A DNA stretch of 64,000 bases from contig CAVXWO010000006.1 of the NCBI GenBank assembly GCA_963765505.1, positions 130,090-194,089 on the forward strand. The letters are read 5' to 3'. A model generated the notes under the pieces. It saw only the letters and a program-made list of their open reading frames with translations, had not been told where the DNA came from and searched no databases. Origin of the DNA: an uncultured Actinomycetota bacterium (GTDB taxonomy: Bacteria > Actinomycetota > Acidimicrobiia > Acidimicrobiales > Bog-793). Positions 1 to 13,798 of the stretch are shown in pieces (positions within the stretch are counted from its first letter, which is position 1; the number at the start of each line of letters is the position of its first letter). The translations under genes were made by a program, and so were the position numbers.

Positions 1-2234
<2,234 letters not shown>

Positions 2235-2238
2235 CTGC

Positions 2239-3408
2239 TCAGTCTCCCAGCTCGGTGCGCGTCCCGAGGCGCCCGAGGGCGGCGAGCACGGCGCGCCTCG
2301 CGTACTCGACCTCCTCGGGGGTCGTCGTCGGTCCGAGCGTGAAGCGGACCGCCTCACGCGCCTCGGCGGGCGTCCACGCCATGGCGAGCAGCACATGGCT
2401 CGGGTCGCGCGCCCCGCTCGCGCAGGCGGAGCCGGTCGAGGCCGCGACCCCGTCGCCGTCGAGCAGGAACAGGAGCTCCTCGGCGTCGACCCCGGGGAAG
2501 CGGAGGTGCGCGCTGCCGGCGACGCGCAGCTCGCGCGGCGCCGGCTCGGCGGCGCCCGGCACGGCGGCGAGCACGCCGTCGACGAGCTGGTCGCGAAGCG
2601 CCCCCACCCGTGCGACCGTCGCCTGGCGCTCGGCCACGCTCAGCCGGGCGGCGGCGGCCATCGCGACGGCCCCGGCGACGTTCTCGGTCCCGGGACGCAG
2701 CTCGCGCTCCTGGCCGCCCCCGACCAGCAGGGGCGCCACCGCGCCGGCGGCCCGCTCGCGCACGACGAGCGCGCCGACGCCCTTCGGGCCACCGAACTTG
2801 TGGGCGGACACCGACACGAGATCGCAGCCGGCCGTCAGCGCGGCGACGTCGCACCACAAGAGTCCCTGGACGGCGTCGCAGTGCACCAGGGCACCGGGCG
2901 CGAGCCGTCGGACCACGGCGACGATGTCGCCGACCGGCTGGACCACGCCCACCTCGCTGTTCACGAGCATCACCGAGACGAGCGACACGCTCGGGTCGAC
3001 CAGCCCCGCCAGCGCCACGAGGTCGATCCTGCCGTCGGGGCGGACCGGGGCCACGCGTGCCCCGACCGACGCCGCGGGGCGCAGCACCGCGCGGTGCTCG
3101 ACCGCGCTGACGACGACCGTGCCGCCGCTCCGGCGGTGCACGCCGAGCACGGCCAGGTTGTCCGACTCGGTGCCGCCCGAGGTGAGCACCACCTCGCCCG
3201 GCTCGCAGCCGAGCGCGACCGCCAGGTCGTCCCGCGCGTCGTCGAGGGCCCGGCGCGCCGCGCGCGAGGCGGCGTGGAGCCCGGACGGGTTGGCGAACTG
3301 CGCCCCGAGGTAGGGCAGCATCGCCGCCAACGCCTCGCGGCGCATCGGCGTCGTCGCCGCATGGTCGAGGTAGGCGCCCGGCCGGGAGGCGGGGGTGGCG
3401 GCGGTCAT
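2239..3408 (-). CDS. iscS: cysteine desulfurase (IscS/NifS class V aminotransferase)
   Basis: ORF 2239..3525 has the PLP-lysine motif SAHKFGGPKG and the catalytic Cys loop STGSACASG. Start taken at ATG 3408 (MTAATPASRPGAYLDHAATTP). iscS-mnmA adjacency is typical. Confidence 0.9.
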   Translation of the reverse strand: MTAATPASRPGAYLDHAATTPMRREALAAMLPYLGAQFANPSGLHAASRAARRALDDARDDLAVALGCEPGEVVLTSGGTESDNLAVLGVHRRSGGTVVVSAVEHRAVLRPAASVGARVAPVRPDGRIDLVALAGLVDPSVSLVSVMLVNSEVGVVQPVGDIVAVVRRLAPGALVHCDAVQGLLWCDVAALTAGCDLVSVSAHKFGGPKGVGALVVRERAAGAVAPLLVGGGQERELRPGTENVAGAVAMAAAARLSVAERQATVARVGALRDQLVDGVLAAVPGAAEPAPRELRVAGSAHLRFPGVDAEELLFLLDGDGVAASTGSACASGARDPSHVLLAMAWTPAEAREAVRFTLGPTTTPEEVEYARRAVLAALGRLGTRTELGD

Positions 3409-3424
3409 CGCGCCCGGCCTCCGG

Positions 3425-4681
3425 TCAGCCTGCGTAGCAGGCGGCGACGCTGTCCGGCAGGTCGGGCAGGGCCGGCGCGCTCGCGCCCGTCGAGATCCGC
3501 GCAACCGCCGGCCAGCGGCTGCCAAACGACAAGAAGCCCGCCGCCGGCGTCTTCGCGTGCAGCTCGAGCTGGAAGAAGCGCGTCGTGACCTGCGCCACCG
3601 CGGAGAAGGCGCTCGGGTCCCCGTCGTCGTAGGGGCCGAGGTGGGGGGCCTGCAGGATCTCGAGGAACCACTTGTCGGGCTGCTGGACCGCGTCGTAGAG
3701 CGCGGTCGAGTCCTGCGGGGGGTTGCACTCGTCGGTCGCGCTCTGGACGACGAGCAGCGGCGGGTCGCCGGGCGAGGCGCCGTAGGCGCCGGCCAGCTCC
3801 TCCCCCGACATCACCGCGTCCGCGGCGTAGTGCAGGCCCGCCCGGATCGCGGCGTCCTGCCGGTCGTACGCCAGGGCGCCGACGGTCTCGGCCCCGTCGG
3901 ACTGGCCCGCCAGCCCGATCTCGCCGGGGTCGACGAGGCCCCGCAGCACCCGGCAGGCCGGCAGGCTCGCGCGGGCGCCCGCCTCGACCTCGCGGGTGAG
4001 GTAGGCGAGGTCGGCAGGCTGGTTGGGCACGTCGAGCTCGGGATCGCTGTCCGGGACGGCGTCGACCGCCTCGTTCACCGCGACGTGGTTGGTGTCGGGG
4101 AACAGCGGCGCCACCACGACGAAGCCCGCCCGGACCCAGGCGTCGAGCAGCGCTGCGTAGGTGTCGGGGGTGACGGCATAGCCGTGGGCGAAGAGGATGA
4201 CCGGGTAGGGGCCCTGGTGGTACGCGGGGTGGGCGGCGCGGGTCTCGGCGCTCGCAGAGCCGTTCAGCGTCGGGTAGCGGATCTCGGTCTCGAGCACGCG
4301 CACGTCGCTCGAGGTGCGCGTCACGTAGTCGTAGGTGGGAGTGGCGGTCCGCTCGACGAAGGAGCACGACGCGAGGCCGACCGTGAAGTCGGCCGGTGCC
4401 GCCCGGCACGCGGTCCCCGCGACCGAGGCGCTGGCGGCCCGGTCCGGAGCGAGCTCGCGGCGCGCCGCGAGCACCCCGGCGAGCACGGCGAGCACGGCGA
4501 GCACGACGAGGAGCCCGGGGGCGAGGCGCGCCGGGCGCCGGGCGGCGCGGGGCCTCCGGGCACGGCCGCGCCCAGCAGGGGTGGGTGCGGACCGGGCCGG
4601 GCGGGGCACGGGGCTCGGCGGGGGCAGCGGGCGGCGCGACGCGTCACCACCGCCGCGTCGGGAGGGGCTCACGGCGCCCAA
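3425..4681 (-). CDS. membrane-anchored/secreted alpha/beta hydrolase (serine esterase-like)
   Basis: ORF 3425..4681 has an N-terminal basic stretch plus a hydrophobic helix (LLVVLAVLAVLAGVLA) and a nucleophile-elbow-like GQSDG after PVILFAHGY. Exact start and family are uncertain. Confidence 0.55.
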   Translation of the reverse strand: MGAVSPSRRGGGDASRRPLPPPSPVPRPARSAPTPAGRGRARRPRAARRPARLAPGLLVVLAVLAVLAGVLAARRELAPDRAASASVAGTACRAAPADFTVGLASCSFVERTATPTYDYVTRTSSDVRVLETEIRYPTLNGSASAETRAAHPAYHQGPYPVILFAHGYAVTPDTYAALLDAWVRAGFVVVAPLFPDTNHVAVNEAVDAVPDSDPELDVPNQPADLAYLTREVEAGARASLPACRVLRGLVDPGEIGLAGQSDGAETVGALAYDRQDAAIRAGLHYAADAVMSGEELAGAYGASPGDPPLLVVQSATDECNPPQDSTALYDAVQQPDKWFLEILQAPHLGPYDDGDPSAFSAVAQVTTRFFQLELHAKTPAAGFLSFGSRWPAVARISTGASAPALPDLPDSVAACYAG

Positions 4682-4732
4682 GGCTACCGCCGCCCCCTCT
4701 CGCCCCTGCCGTCGCGGCCGGGTGCCGGCGGC

Positions 4733-5242
4733 TCAGCCGGGCTGGGCGATCATGACGAACAGGGCGGCGACGAACAGCAGCGACGTCACCGCCGCCGCGC
4801 GTTCGCAGCGCGCGCAGGCGCGCTCGAAGGCCGCACGGTCGCCGGCGGGGCCCCCGGGGGGCCCGCCCGAGCGGGGGGCGCCCGACGCGAGCGCCCGCTG
4901 GATCTCCCGCTCCGCAGGCCACATCGCCGCCGAGGCGACGCCGACCGCGGCGGTCCAGATCCCGAGCCCGAGCCACGGGAACAGCCGCCCGCCGTCCTGG
5001 CCGTGGCCGAGCGCCAGCAGGAGGCCGCCGAGCACCGGGACGACGAAGACCGTGCGGGCCGCCCAGTTGCGCCCCGGCCGGAAGAAGCGGCCGAGCGACG
5101 CGACCGACGACGGCGAGGCGGCGCGGCGGGCGGCGTGCGCGTACGTCCCGGTGACGCCGAGCGCCCCGAAGCCGACCACGGCGGCGAGCACGTGGAACGC
5201 CGTCACGACGGCGTAGAGCGGGCTGTTCACGGCGTGGCGCAC
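4733..5242 (-). CDS. hypothetical integral membrane protein (about 4 TM helices)
   Basis: ORF 4733..5242 has four hydrophobic segments and GC3-rich codons. No family recognised with confidence. Confidence 0.4.
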   Translation of the reverse strand: MRHAVNSPLYAVVTAFHVLAAVVGFGALGVTGTYAHAARRAASPSSVASLGRFFRPGRNWAARTVFVVPVLGGLLLALGHGQDGGRLFPWLGLGIWTAAVGVASAAMWPAEREIQRALASGAPRSGGPPGGPAGDRAAFERACARCERAAAVTSLLFVAALFVMIAQPG

Positions 5243-5283
5243 CTAAGGCCAAGTCCCGTACTAGCCTGGTTAAACACGCGCGC

Positions 5284-6327
5284 GTGCCTGTGACAGAGGA
5301 CTTCACCCCTATGAACCAGCTCCGACTCGACCCCCTCTCCGGCCGCTGGATCGCCGTCTCCACGGACCGCTCGGCACGGGGCACGGTCTTCCTCCCCCGC
5401 CAGCCGCTCGGCATGGACCAGCGCGACGACTGCCCGTTCTGCCCGGGACACGAGGACGCGACGCCGCCGGCGCTCGAGACCTACGGGGCAGAGGGCAAGT
5501 GGCTGGTCCGCGTGGTGCCCAACCGCTACCCCGCGTTCGAGGGCCTGCAGCCCTTCGTGGTCGACCACCGCGGCCCGGTGTTCACCGAGGCGCCGGCGAG
5601 CGGCATCCACGAGGTGCTCGTCTTCTCGCCCGACCACGACCTGTCCTGGGGCTCGTTCGACGACCACCAGTGCGACCTCGTGATGTCGGCGATCCGCGAC
5701 CGGGTGGAGGAGCACCAGAGCACCCCCGGGCTGCGCTACAGCCAGGTCATCGTGAACTCGGGCCGCGAGGCGGGCGCGTCGATCGAGCACCCGCACGGCC
5801 AGCTCCTCGGCATCCCCTTCGTCCCCCGTGAGCTCGTCGACGAGCAGGGCAGCTTCACTCGCTTCGCCGGCGGCTGCCTGCTCTGCACCGCCGCCGCCTC
5901 GGAGGAGCGCGCTGGGTACCGCCTCGTCGAGGCGACCGACCACACGGTGACCTTCGCTCCGTACTGGAGCGGCACCCCCTACGAGATGCTGGTGGTGCCC
6001 CGCTCGCACGAGGCCCACCTGCACCGCGGCAGCCCGGACGACCTGGCCGGCGTCGGGATGGCGATCCGCAGCGCCCTGTGGGCGATCCGCAAGCAGCTCG
6101 GCGACATCGCCTACAACGTCGTCTTCCACGCCGCGCCCTACCGCGCGAGCGCCCCCTACCACTGGCACGTGCACATCCTGCCGAAGCTCACCACCCGGGC
6201 CGGGTTCGAGCTCGGGACCGGCGTGTACATCAACGTCGTCGCCCCCGAGCGCGCCGCCGAGGAGCTGCGGGGCGTGCTGGCGCCAGGCAGCGCGCAGGCT
6301 CAGGCACCCGAGAACGTCGCCTCGTAG
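5284..6327 (+). CDS. galT: galactose-1-phosphate uridylyltransferase family protein (HIT superfamily)
   Basis: ORF 5284..6327 has the zinc motif CPFCPGHE, the active-site HPHGQ and VVPNRYPAF. The start could be GTG 5284 or ATG 5311. Confidence 0.8.
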   Translation: MPVTEDFTPMNQLRLDPLSGRWIAVSTDRSARGTVFLPRQPLGMDQRDDCPFCPGHEDATPPALETYGAEGKWLVRVVPNRYPAFEGLQPFVVDHRGPVFTEAPASGIHEVLVFSPDHDLSWGSFDDHQCDLVMSAIRDRVEEHQSTPGLRYSQVIVNSGREAGASIEHPHGQLLGIPFVPRELVDEQGSFTRFAGGCLLCTAAASEERAGYRLVEATDHTVTFAPYWSGTPYEMLVVPRSHEAHLHRGSPDDLAGVGMAIRSALWAIRKQLGDIAYNVVFHAAPYRASAPYHWHVHILPKLTTRAGFELGTGVYINVVAPERAAEELRGVLAPGSAQAQAPENVAS

Positions 6328-7666
6328 CGGCGCTCCCGGACTCGCTCGAACCCCTCCAGCAACAGCTCCGTCGTCGCAGGCTCGCTCGGCAGCAGCCGCT
6401 GCACCTCGGGCACCGTCGCGTAGCCCTCCAAGAAGGCGAGCCGGTTCCGCCGGCACCACGCGGCGGCGAGGTCGGAAGCCAGCTCGGATTCGGACGGGGG
6501 CCGCTGGGCGAGCGCCTCCCGGGCGACGACGCCGAGCGAGAAGCACATGTCGGCGAGGTCCTCGACGGGCGACCCGGTGCGCGCCGGGAGCGAGGCGTGC
6601 GGCAGATCCGTGGCGTAGAGCGGATCGTCGCTGAACCCGGCGACCAGCCAGCCGGTCTCGGCACGCATGACGCGCCGCAGGTGGAAGTCGCCGTGGACGC
6701 GGATGCTGCGGCCCGCCTCGCCCCGGGCGAGCGCCGCGATCCGCTCGGCGAGCTGGCAGCGTCGCGGCGGCGGCCGGCCGCGTTCGCCCGCGCACGGCTC
6801 CCGGCCACCACCGCGGCCATCAGGTCGGGCTGGGCGGGGCGGTCGCCGAAGCCCTCGGCGAGGGCGAGATGCAGCCTGGCGGTCGTCGCGCCGAGCCGGT
6901 GCATCTCCGAGGCGAGGTCGCCTCCGGCCTGGGCCGTCGCCAAGTCGATGTCGGCGGCGAGCTCCTGGCCGGTCGGGGCGCCCGGCATGAACGCCGGGCC
7001 GCGACCGGACGAGTCCTCCGAGGAGGCCCGCGCGAGCAGGTCCCGCAGCGACGTGAGCGCCAGCAGCCGCCCCTCCAGCGCGCTCGGGAGGAACTCCCGG
7101 ACGAGCGCGAGGTCGTGGCCGTGCGCCCGCCAGCGTGCGATCGGGGCGAGCAGAGCGTTGAAGCCGATCTCGTCGAGGCGGAACAGCACCTCGATCTCGG
7201 GGCGCTCGCCGGGCTCGAGCACCCGGTAGCACTTCATGAAGAGGCGCTCGTCGAAGACGAGCGACGCGTGCGAGACGAGCGTCGAGACGCGCCTGACCCG
7301 CTCGGCGTGCTCGGCGCCACCGGTCGCGATCGTGAGCACCTGGAGCGTGAGCTCGTCGTCGGCCAGCGCGTCGTAGGCGAGGAGGTGCTCGCCCGCGTCC
7401 TCGACGGACCCGAGGATGGCCGACTCGCGCCCGTGGAGCACCCGGGCGCTGTCCTGGGCGCGGCGCCAGCCGACGAGGAGCTGGAAGCGGCGCTCGCCCC
7501 GCTCTAGTACCAGGCGCGCGAGGCCCGGGTGCCCCTCGAGGAGCACGTCGGCCGCCACCAGCCGGACCGGCGCGTCCGCGGTGTTCGCCGTCGCCGTGCG
7601 GTACCAGGCCTGGCCCGCCAGGTAGGCGGTGGCGAGGGCGGTGAGGGAGCGGGCCTCGGGCGCCAT
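6300..7666 (-). pseudogene. mak: maltokinase (Mak/Pep2); frame broken once near 6780, probable sequence error
   Basis: The N-terminal part (MAPEARSLTALATAYLAGQAWYR...) is in the frame of ORF 6230..8131. The C-terminal kinase part (RVHGDFHLRRVM...EGYATVPE) is in ORF 6300..7232. ATG 7666 overlaps the treS stop (ATGA). Confidence 0.8.
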
Positions 7667-9457
7667 CAGCGTGCCTCCAGCTCGAGCCAGTAGAAGCTGT
7701 GCGGGCCGAGCGTGACCGGGTAGCCGCCCGCCCCGACGACGGGGAACGAGGCGCGCCCGATGAGCTCGACCGGACTGACGCCCTCCCAGCGGTCGAGGCT
7801 CAGCTCGGCCGCCTGGGCAAAGCGGCTCAGGTTGTTCACGCAGAGCACGGCCCGCCGCGCGCCGTCCTCGTCGGCACCCGGCCCGGTGCGGACGTACGCG
7901 AGCACCGACGGGTTGTCGGCCGGCAGGACCTCGAGCTCGCCGTCGGCGAAGAGCGGGTAGTGGCGCCGGATGGCCAGCATCCGCTGCAGCCAGTGGAGGA
8001 AGGAGGACGGGTCGCGAAACCCGGCCTCGACGTTCACGGCCTGGAACCCGTACACCGGGTCCATGAGCGGCGGGAGGAAGAGCTGGGCGAAGTCGGCGCC
8101 CGAGAAGCCGGCGTTGCGGTCGGGCGTCCACTGCATGGGCGTGCGCACCCCGTCACGGTCTCCCAGGTAGATGTTGTCCCCCATCAACAGCTCGTCGCCG
8201 TAGTAGAGCACGGGGCTCCCCGGCAGCGACAGCAGGAGGGCGTGGAGCAGCTCGGCGACGCGCCGGTCGTTGTCGACGAGCGGCGCGAGGCGGCGACGGA
8301 TGCCGAGGTTCCTGCGCATGCGCGGGTCGCTCGCGTACTCGGCGTACATGTAGTCCCGCTCCTCGTCGGTGACCATCTCGAGGGTCAGCTCGTCGTGGTT
8401 GCGCAGGAAGATCCCCCACTGGCAGCCGTCAGGGGGCGACGGCGTCTGGGTCAGGATCTCGGTGATGGGGAACCGCTGCTCGCGGCGCACCGCCATGAAC
8501 ATGCGCGGCATCAGCGGGAAGTGGAAGCACATGTGGCACTCGTCGCTGTCGCCGAAGTAGTCGACGACGTCGGACGGCCACTGGTTGACCTCGGCCAGCA
8601 GGACCCGGTTCGGGTAGTCACGATCGATCTCCTTGCGCATCTGGCGCAAGAAGGCATGGGTTTCGGGCAGGTTCTCCCCGGTCGTGCCGTCCCGCTGGAA
8701 CAGGTACGCCGCGGCGTCGAGGCGGAAGCCGTCCAGCCCGACGTCGAGCCAGAAGCGCACGACCGAGAGGACCGCCTCGCGCACCTCGGGGTTCTCGTAG
8801 TTCAGGTCTGGCTGGTGGTGGAAGAAGCGGTGCCAGTAGAACTGCTGGCGGGCCGGGTCCCAGGTCCAGTTGGACGGCTCGGTGTCGCAGAAGATGACGC
8901 GGATGTCGGACCAGCGCTGGTCGTCGTCGCCCCACACGTACCAGTCGGCCTTCGGGTTGTCCCGCGAGGAGCGCGACTCGGCGAACCAGGGATGCGCGTC
9001 GCTCGTGTGGTTGATCACGAGGTCCGAGATCACGCGGATGCCCCGGCGGTGCGCCTCGTCCACCAGGCGCACGACGTCGGAGACGTCGCCGCACTCGGGA
9101 GCGACGCTGTAGAAGTCGCTCACGTCGTAGCCGCCGTCGCGAAGCGGCGACGGGTAGAACGGCAGCACCCACAGGCAGTCGATCCCGAGCCACGCCAGGT
9201 AGTCGAGCTTCTCGACGATGCCGGAGAGGTCGCCGAATCCCGTCCCCGTTCGAGTCGAAAAAGCCGCGGGGCACCAGCTCGTAGAACACCGCCCGCTCGT
9301 ACCAGCGCTGGTCGTTGGCGAGCTGGCGCCAGCCCGCCTGGCCGGCCTCGTGCGGCAGGAACAGCCGCTGCGCGTTCGGGGGCCCGCCGGGCGCCCACAG
9401 GGGCTGGCCCCCGGGCGAGGGGGGAACCAGCAGGGATCCGGCGGAAGGATCGTCCAT
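7666..9457 (-). pseudogene. treS: trehalose synthase TreS (maltose alpha-D-glucosyltransferase); frame broken near 9238
   Basis: WYERAVFYELVPRGFFDSNGDG lies in one frame (ORF 8618..9631). GFGDLSGIVEKLDYLAWLGIDCLWVLPFYPSPLRDGGYDVSDFY continues in ORF 7666..9168. The break fits the loss of one T in gat-ttc. Confidence 0.9.
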
Positions 9458-9473
9458 CGGCGTGGGGGGTGCC

Positions 9474-10746
9474 TCAGTCGGAGGGACGGTCGTCGTCGAC
9501 CCGGGTGACGTCTGCGCCGAGCCGGCGCAGCTTGCCCGCGAAGTCCTCGTAGCCGCGGTCGACGTGGCGCGCCCCGGCGACCGACGTCTCGCCGTCGGCG
9601 ACGAGGCCGGCGAGCACGAGCGCCGCGCCACCGCGGATGTCGGGGGCGCGCACCGGCGCGCCGGAGAGCCGCGCGACCCCGCGGATGACCGCGTGGTGGC
9701 CCTCGGTGCGGATGTCCGCGCCCATGCGGCAGAGCTCGTCGACGTAGCGGAAGCGCCCCGAGAAGAGGTTCTCGCTCACGATCGAGACGCCGGTCGCGAC
9801 CGACAGCAAGGTGACCAGCAGCGGCTTGTAGTCCGTGGCGACACCCGGGTAGGGCAGGGTGGCGACGTCGACGGGGAGGGGGCGGCCCGAGGCACGTGCG
9901 AGGATGCCCGTGGCGGTGACCTCGGGCTCCATGCCGGTCGCGGCGAGCTTGTCGAGGAGCATGTCCATGTGCTCGTGGCGGGCGCCCCGGACGTGCACCT
10001 CGCCACCTGCGAGCGCCGTCGCCGCGAGGAACGTCGCCGCCTCGACCCGGTCCGCCACGGTGACGTGGTCGCCCGGGTGCAGCGCGTCGACGCCCTCCAC
10101 CTCGATGCGCGAGGTGCCGTCGCCCTCGATGCGCGCACCCATGGAGCGGAGCAGGCTCGCCAGGTCCTCGACCTCGGGCTCGCGCGCCGCGTTCTCGATG
10201 AGGGTCGTGCCCTTGGCGAGCACCGCCGCCATGAGGACGTTGTCGGTCGTCGTGTGGCTCGGGTACTCGAGCACGATGCGGGCCCCGACGAGCCGGTCGC
10301 AGTGTCCCTCGACGTAGCCGTGCTCGGTGCTGAACTCAGCCCCGAGCTCGCTGAACGCGCGCGAGGTGGAAGTCGATCGGGCGCTGGCCGAAGTCGTCGC
10401 CACCCGGCAGCGACAGCCGCGCCCTGCCCTGGCGGGCGAGCAGCGGGCCGAGCACGACGATCGAGGCCCGCATCCGCTCGACCAGCTCGTAGGGCGCCAC
10501 GGGCACGAGCTCGGCGGGCGAGTCGACGAGGAGATCGCCCTCAGCGTCGCGCTCGACCGAGGCGCCGAGCGCCCGGAGCATGTCGGCCATGATGGCGACA
10601 TCGGTGATACGCGGGACGTTGCGCAGCCGCGTCGTGCCTTCGGCCAGCAGGCTGGCCGCCATGAGCTTCAGGGCGGAGTTCTTGGCGCCCTGGACGGGCA
10701 CCTCCCCCAGGAGGGGGCCCGAGGGTCGCACGAGGAAGTGGTCCAT
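9474..10746 (-). pseudogene. murA: UDP-N-acetylglucosamine 1-carboxyvinyltransferase MurA; frame broken near 10360
   Basis: The N-terminus [31 protein letters not shown]...GQRPIDFHL is in ORF 10336..10794. The remainder [10 protein letters not shown]...DRGYEDFAGKLRRLGA is in ORF 9474..10601. Confidence 0.9.
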
Positions 10747-10887
10747 CGCCGAGACCCTACCGCCGCCGGCGGGCACCCTCCCGGGGAGGGGCACCGCCGG
10801 CGGGGCTACGGGCCCGGGCCCGCGGACCGACCGCGGCAGTGCCGGCGCGGCGACCCCGCCCGCCCTGTCCCGCTAACGTCGTCGGGC

Positions 10888-11900
10888 GTGACGACAGAGC
10901 GGCAGGCCCCCGACCGCAACCTCGCGATGGAGATCGTCCGCGTCACGGAGGCCGCCGCCATCGCGGCGAGCCGCTGGATGGGCCGGGGCGACAAGAACGG
11001 CGCCGACGGCGCAGCGGTCGACGCGATGCGCTTCGCGCTCTCCACCGTCCCGATGGACGGCATCGTCGTCATCGGGGAGGGCGAGAAGGACGAGGCGCCG
11101 ATGCTGTTCAACGGCGAGCACATCGGGGACGGCTCGCCGCCCGAGGTGGACATCGCCGTCGACCCGATCGACGGGACGCGCCTCGCCGCGGCCAGGGCGC
11201 GGCGGCGCGCTCGCGGTCATCGCCCTGGCGGGCCGCGGGTCGATGTTCGACCCGGGCCCGTGCTTCTACATGACGAAGCTCGCCGTCGGCCCCGAAGCCG
11301 TCGGCCGGGTCTCGCTCGAGCTCAGCCCGAAGGAGAACCTCCGCGAGATCGCGCGGGCCAAGCGGAGCACCGTCGGCGAGCTGACGGCGATCGTGCTCGA
11401 CCGGCCCCGCCACGAGGACCTCATCGAGGAGATCCGCTCGGCCGGCGCCCGCATCCACCTGATCGACGACGGCGACGTCGCGGGCGCCATCTCGACGGCG
11501 TGGGCGGACTCGGGCGCCGACGTGCTCTTCGGGGTCGGCGGGACGCCCGAGGGCGTGATCTCGGCGGCCGCCTTGAAGGGGATGGGCGGCGAGATCCAGG
11601 GCAGGCTAGCGCCGCGCGACGACGCCGAGCGTGCGCGCGGTCCGCAACGCCGGCCTCGACGCCGACACGGTGCTCACCGGTGACGACCTGGTGCGCGGCG
11701 ACAACTGCTTCTTCGCCGCGACGGGCATCACCGACGGCGAGCTGCTGCGCGGCGTGCGCTACACCGCCACCGGGGTGATCACCCAGTCGATCGTGGTGCG
11801 CTCGGCGTCGGGAACCGTGCGCTTCGTCCAGGCGCACCACCGGCTGGAGAAGCTGCGCCAGTACCGCCTGATCGACGTGGGGATCGAGACCCCGTCCTGA
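10888..11900 (+). pseudogene. glpX: class II fructose-1,6-bisphosphatase GlpX; frame broken near 11200 and 11630
   Basis: Three consecutive frames read [37 protein letters not shown]...DPIDGT, then [17 protein letters not shown]...[26 protein letters not shown], then [15 protein letters not shown]...[15 protein letters not shown]. Confidence 0.9.
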
Positions 11901-11910
11901 GCGCGCCGGG

Positions 11911-13789
11911 CTACTCGGCGACGGCCGAGGGCCAGACCGAGCCCCACCGGCTCTCCACCTCGTCGATCGAAGCGACGCCCGAGCCCCAGCTGTCGAAGAA
12001 GGGACCGATCTCCTCGGCGCCGAGCGGGGCAGCGAACAGGAAGCCCTGACCGCTCTCGCAGAGCTCCTCCTTCAGGTGGTCGAGCTGCGGCGCCTCCTCG
12101 ATCCCCTCGGCGAGCACGTCGATCCCGAGCGACCGGCCGAGCTGGACGAGGGTGCGGACCAGCGCCCCGCCCTCGCGGCTGGCGAGCATGCCGGCGATGA
12201 ACGAGCGGTCGATCTTCAAGGCGTCCACGGGGATGCGCCTCAGGTGGGCGAGGGACGCGTAGCCGGTGCCGAAGTCGTCGACGGCGAGACGCACCCCGAG
12301 GTCCTTGATCGCCGACAGGCGGCGGGCCGTGCCCTCGGTGTCGCGCATGAGGACGGTCTCGGCCACCTCGACGATCAGCGCGTTCGGGTCGAGCCCCGAG
12401 ACCTTCAGTGCCTCCTGGACGTCGTCGACGATCGCGTCGTGGTCGAGCTGACGACCCGAGACGTTCACGGCGATGGCGATCCTCCGGCCGCCCTGGTGCC
12501 ACGAGGCGGCCAGCTCGCAGGCGCGCGCGAAGCACCCACCTGCCGACGTGGACGACCATCCCCGTCTCCTCCAGCACCGGGAGGAACTGCGAGGGGCCGA
12601 TGACGCCGAGCTCGGGATGCCTCCAGCGCAGCAGCGCCTCCGCACCCGTCGCCCGCATGTCGCGCAGGTCGAACGTCGGCTGGTACACGAGGAAGAACTG
12701 GTCGCCCTGGAGCGCCGCACGCAGCTCCATCTCGAGCTTCATCCGGTGCTGCGCGGCCAGCTGCATCGCGGGCTCGAACAGGACGTGACAGTTCTTCCCG
12801 GCCGCCTTCGCCCGGTACATCGCGATGTCGGCGTCGCGGAGCAGCTCCTCCCCGGAGCTGCGCCCACCGACGGCGATCCCGAGGCTGGCCGTGACCGACA
12901 ACGGCGTGTCGGTCACCCCCTCGAGCGTGAACGGCTCGCGGAGCACGCCGAGCACCCGCTCGGCGATCAGCTCGGGGCCGGCGATGACCGAGAGGCCCTC
13001 GGCCAGCACGACGAACTCGTCGCCGCCGAGGCGGCCGAGGGTGTCGCTCTCGCGCAGCACCGCCTTCAGTCGCCCGGCGACGGCGCGCAGCAGCTGGTCG
13101 CCCACGCTGTGGCCGAGCGTGTCGTTGATCCCCTTGAAGTTGTCGAGGTCGATGAAGAGCACGGCGACCGGCAGCTCGGCGCGCCGGGAGCGCGAGAGCA
13201 TCTGCTCGACGCGGTCCAGGATCAACGCCCGGTTCGGCAGCCCGGTGAGCGCGTCGTGCGTCGCCTGGTACGCCAGCTCCCGCTGGCGCTCGGCGAGCTC
13301 CTCGTGCATGCGCTCGCGCTCGTCCTCGAACGACTCGCACATGCGCACGAGCGTGACGTCGAGGCTGCGCTGGAGCATCCCGAGCGCCTCCGACAGGGCC
13401 GCGGGCGGGGTGTGGAGCCGGGGCGCGGCGGCCTCCAGCGAGTCCGCCACCGAGTCGCGCCACATCAGGCAGCGTTTGGTCGCCTCGCTCAGCGGGGCGG
13501 CGCGCTCGGCCGCCAGGCGGCCGAAGATGACCCAGGCGTCCCGGCCGACGGCGCGGGCCTCGTCCGGGCCACCGCCGGCTACCCAGCGGGCGAAGGCGAC
13601 GGTGCCGACGCGCGCGGCATCGGCGAAGTCCTGCTCGACCGCCGGGTCCAGCACCCGGCGCGAACCGTGTGCCAAGGTGAGGAGGCGGTCGACGACCTCG
13701 TCGGTCCCCGCCTCGACCGACTCGCCGAGGCGGTGCAGATCGCTTCGATGGTCGCGGCTCGTCGAGCCGGGAACCTCGGGACGGGGCAT
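11911..13789 (-). pseudogene. GGDEF-EAL (diguanylate cyclase/phosphodiesterase) protein with a ~165-aa uncharacterised N-terminal domain; frame broken near 12525
   Basis: The GGDEF domain (THDALTGLPNR, RLGGDEFVVL) and the EAL start (EALLRWRHPELG) are in ORF 11759..13789. The rest of the EAL domain (AVNVSGRQLD, DDFGTGYASLAHL, KIDRSF, EGIE, QGFLF) is in ORF 11911..12720. Confidence 0.9.
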
Positions 13790-13798
13790 ATTCCGAGC

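Noticed and set aside
5284-9457. galT-like / mak / treS cluster as something unusual
   Set aside because: Separate but translationally coupled treS and mak genes are a normal GlgE-pathway arrangement. The 28-nt convergent overlap of galT and mak 3' ends is unremarkable in compact high-GC genomes.
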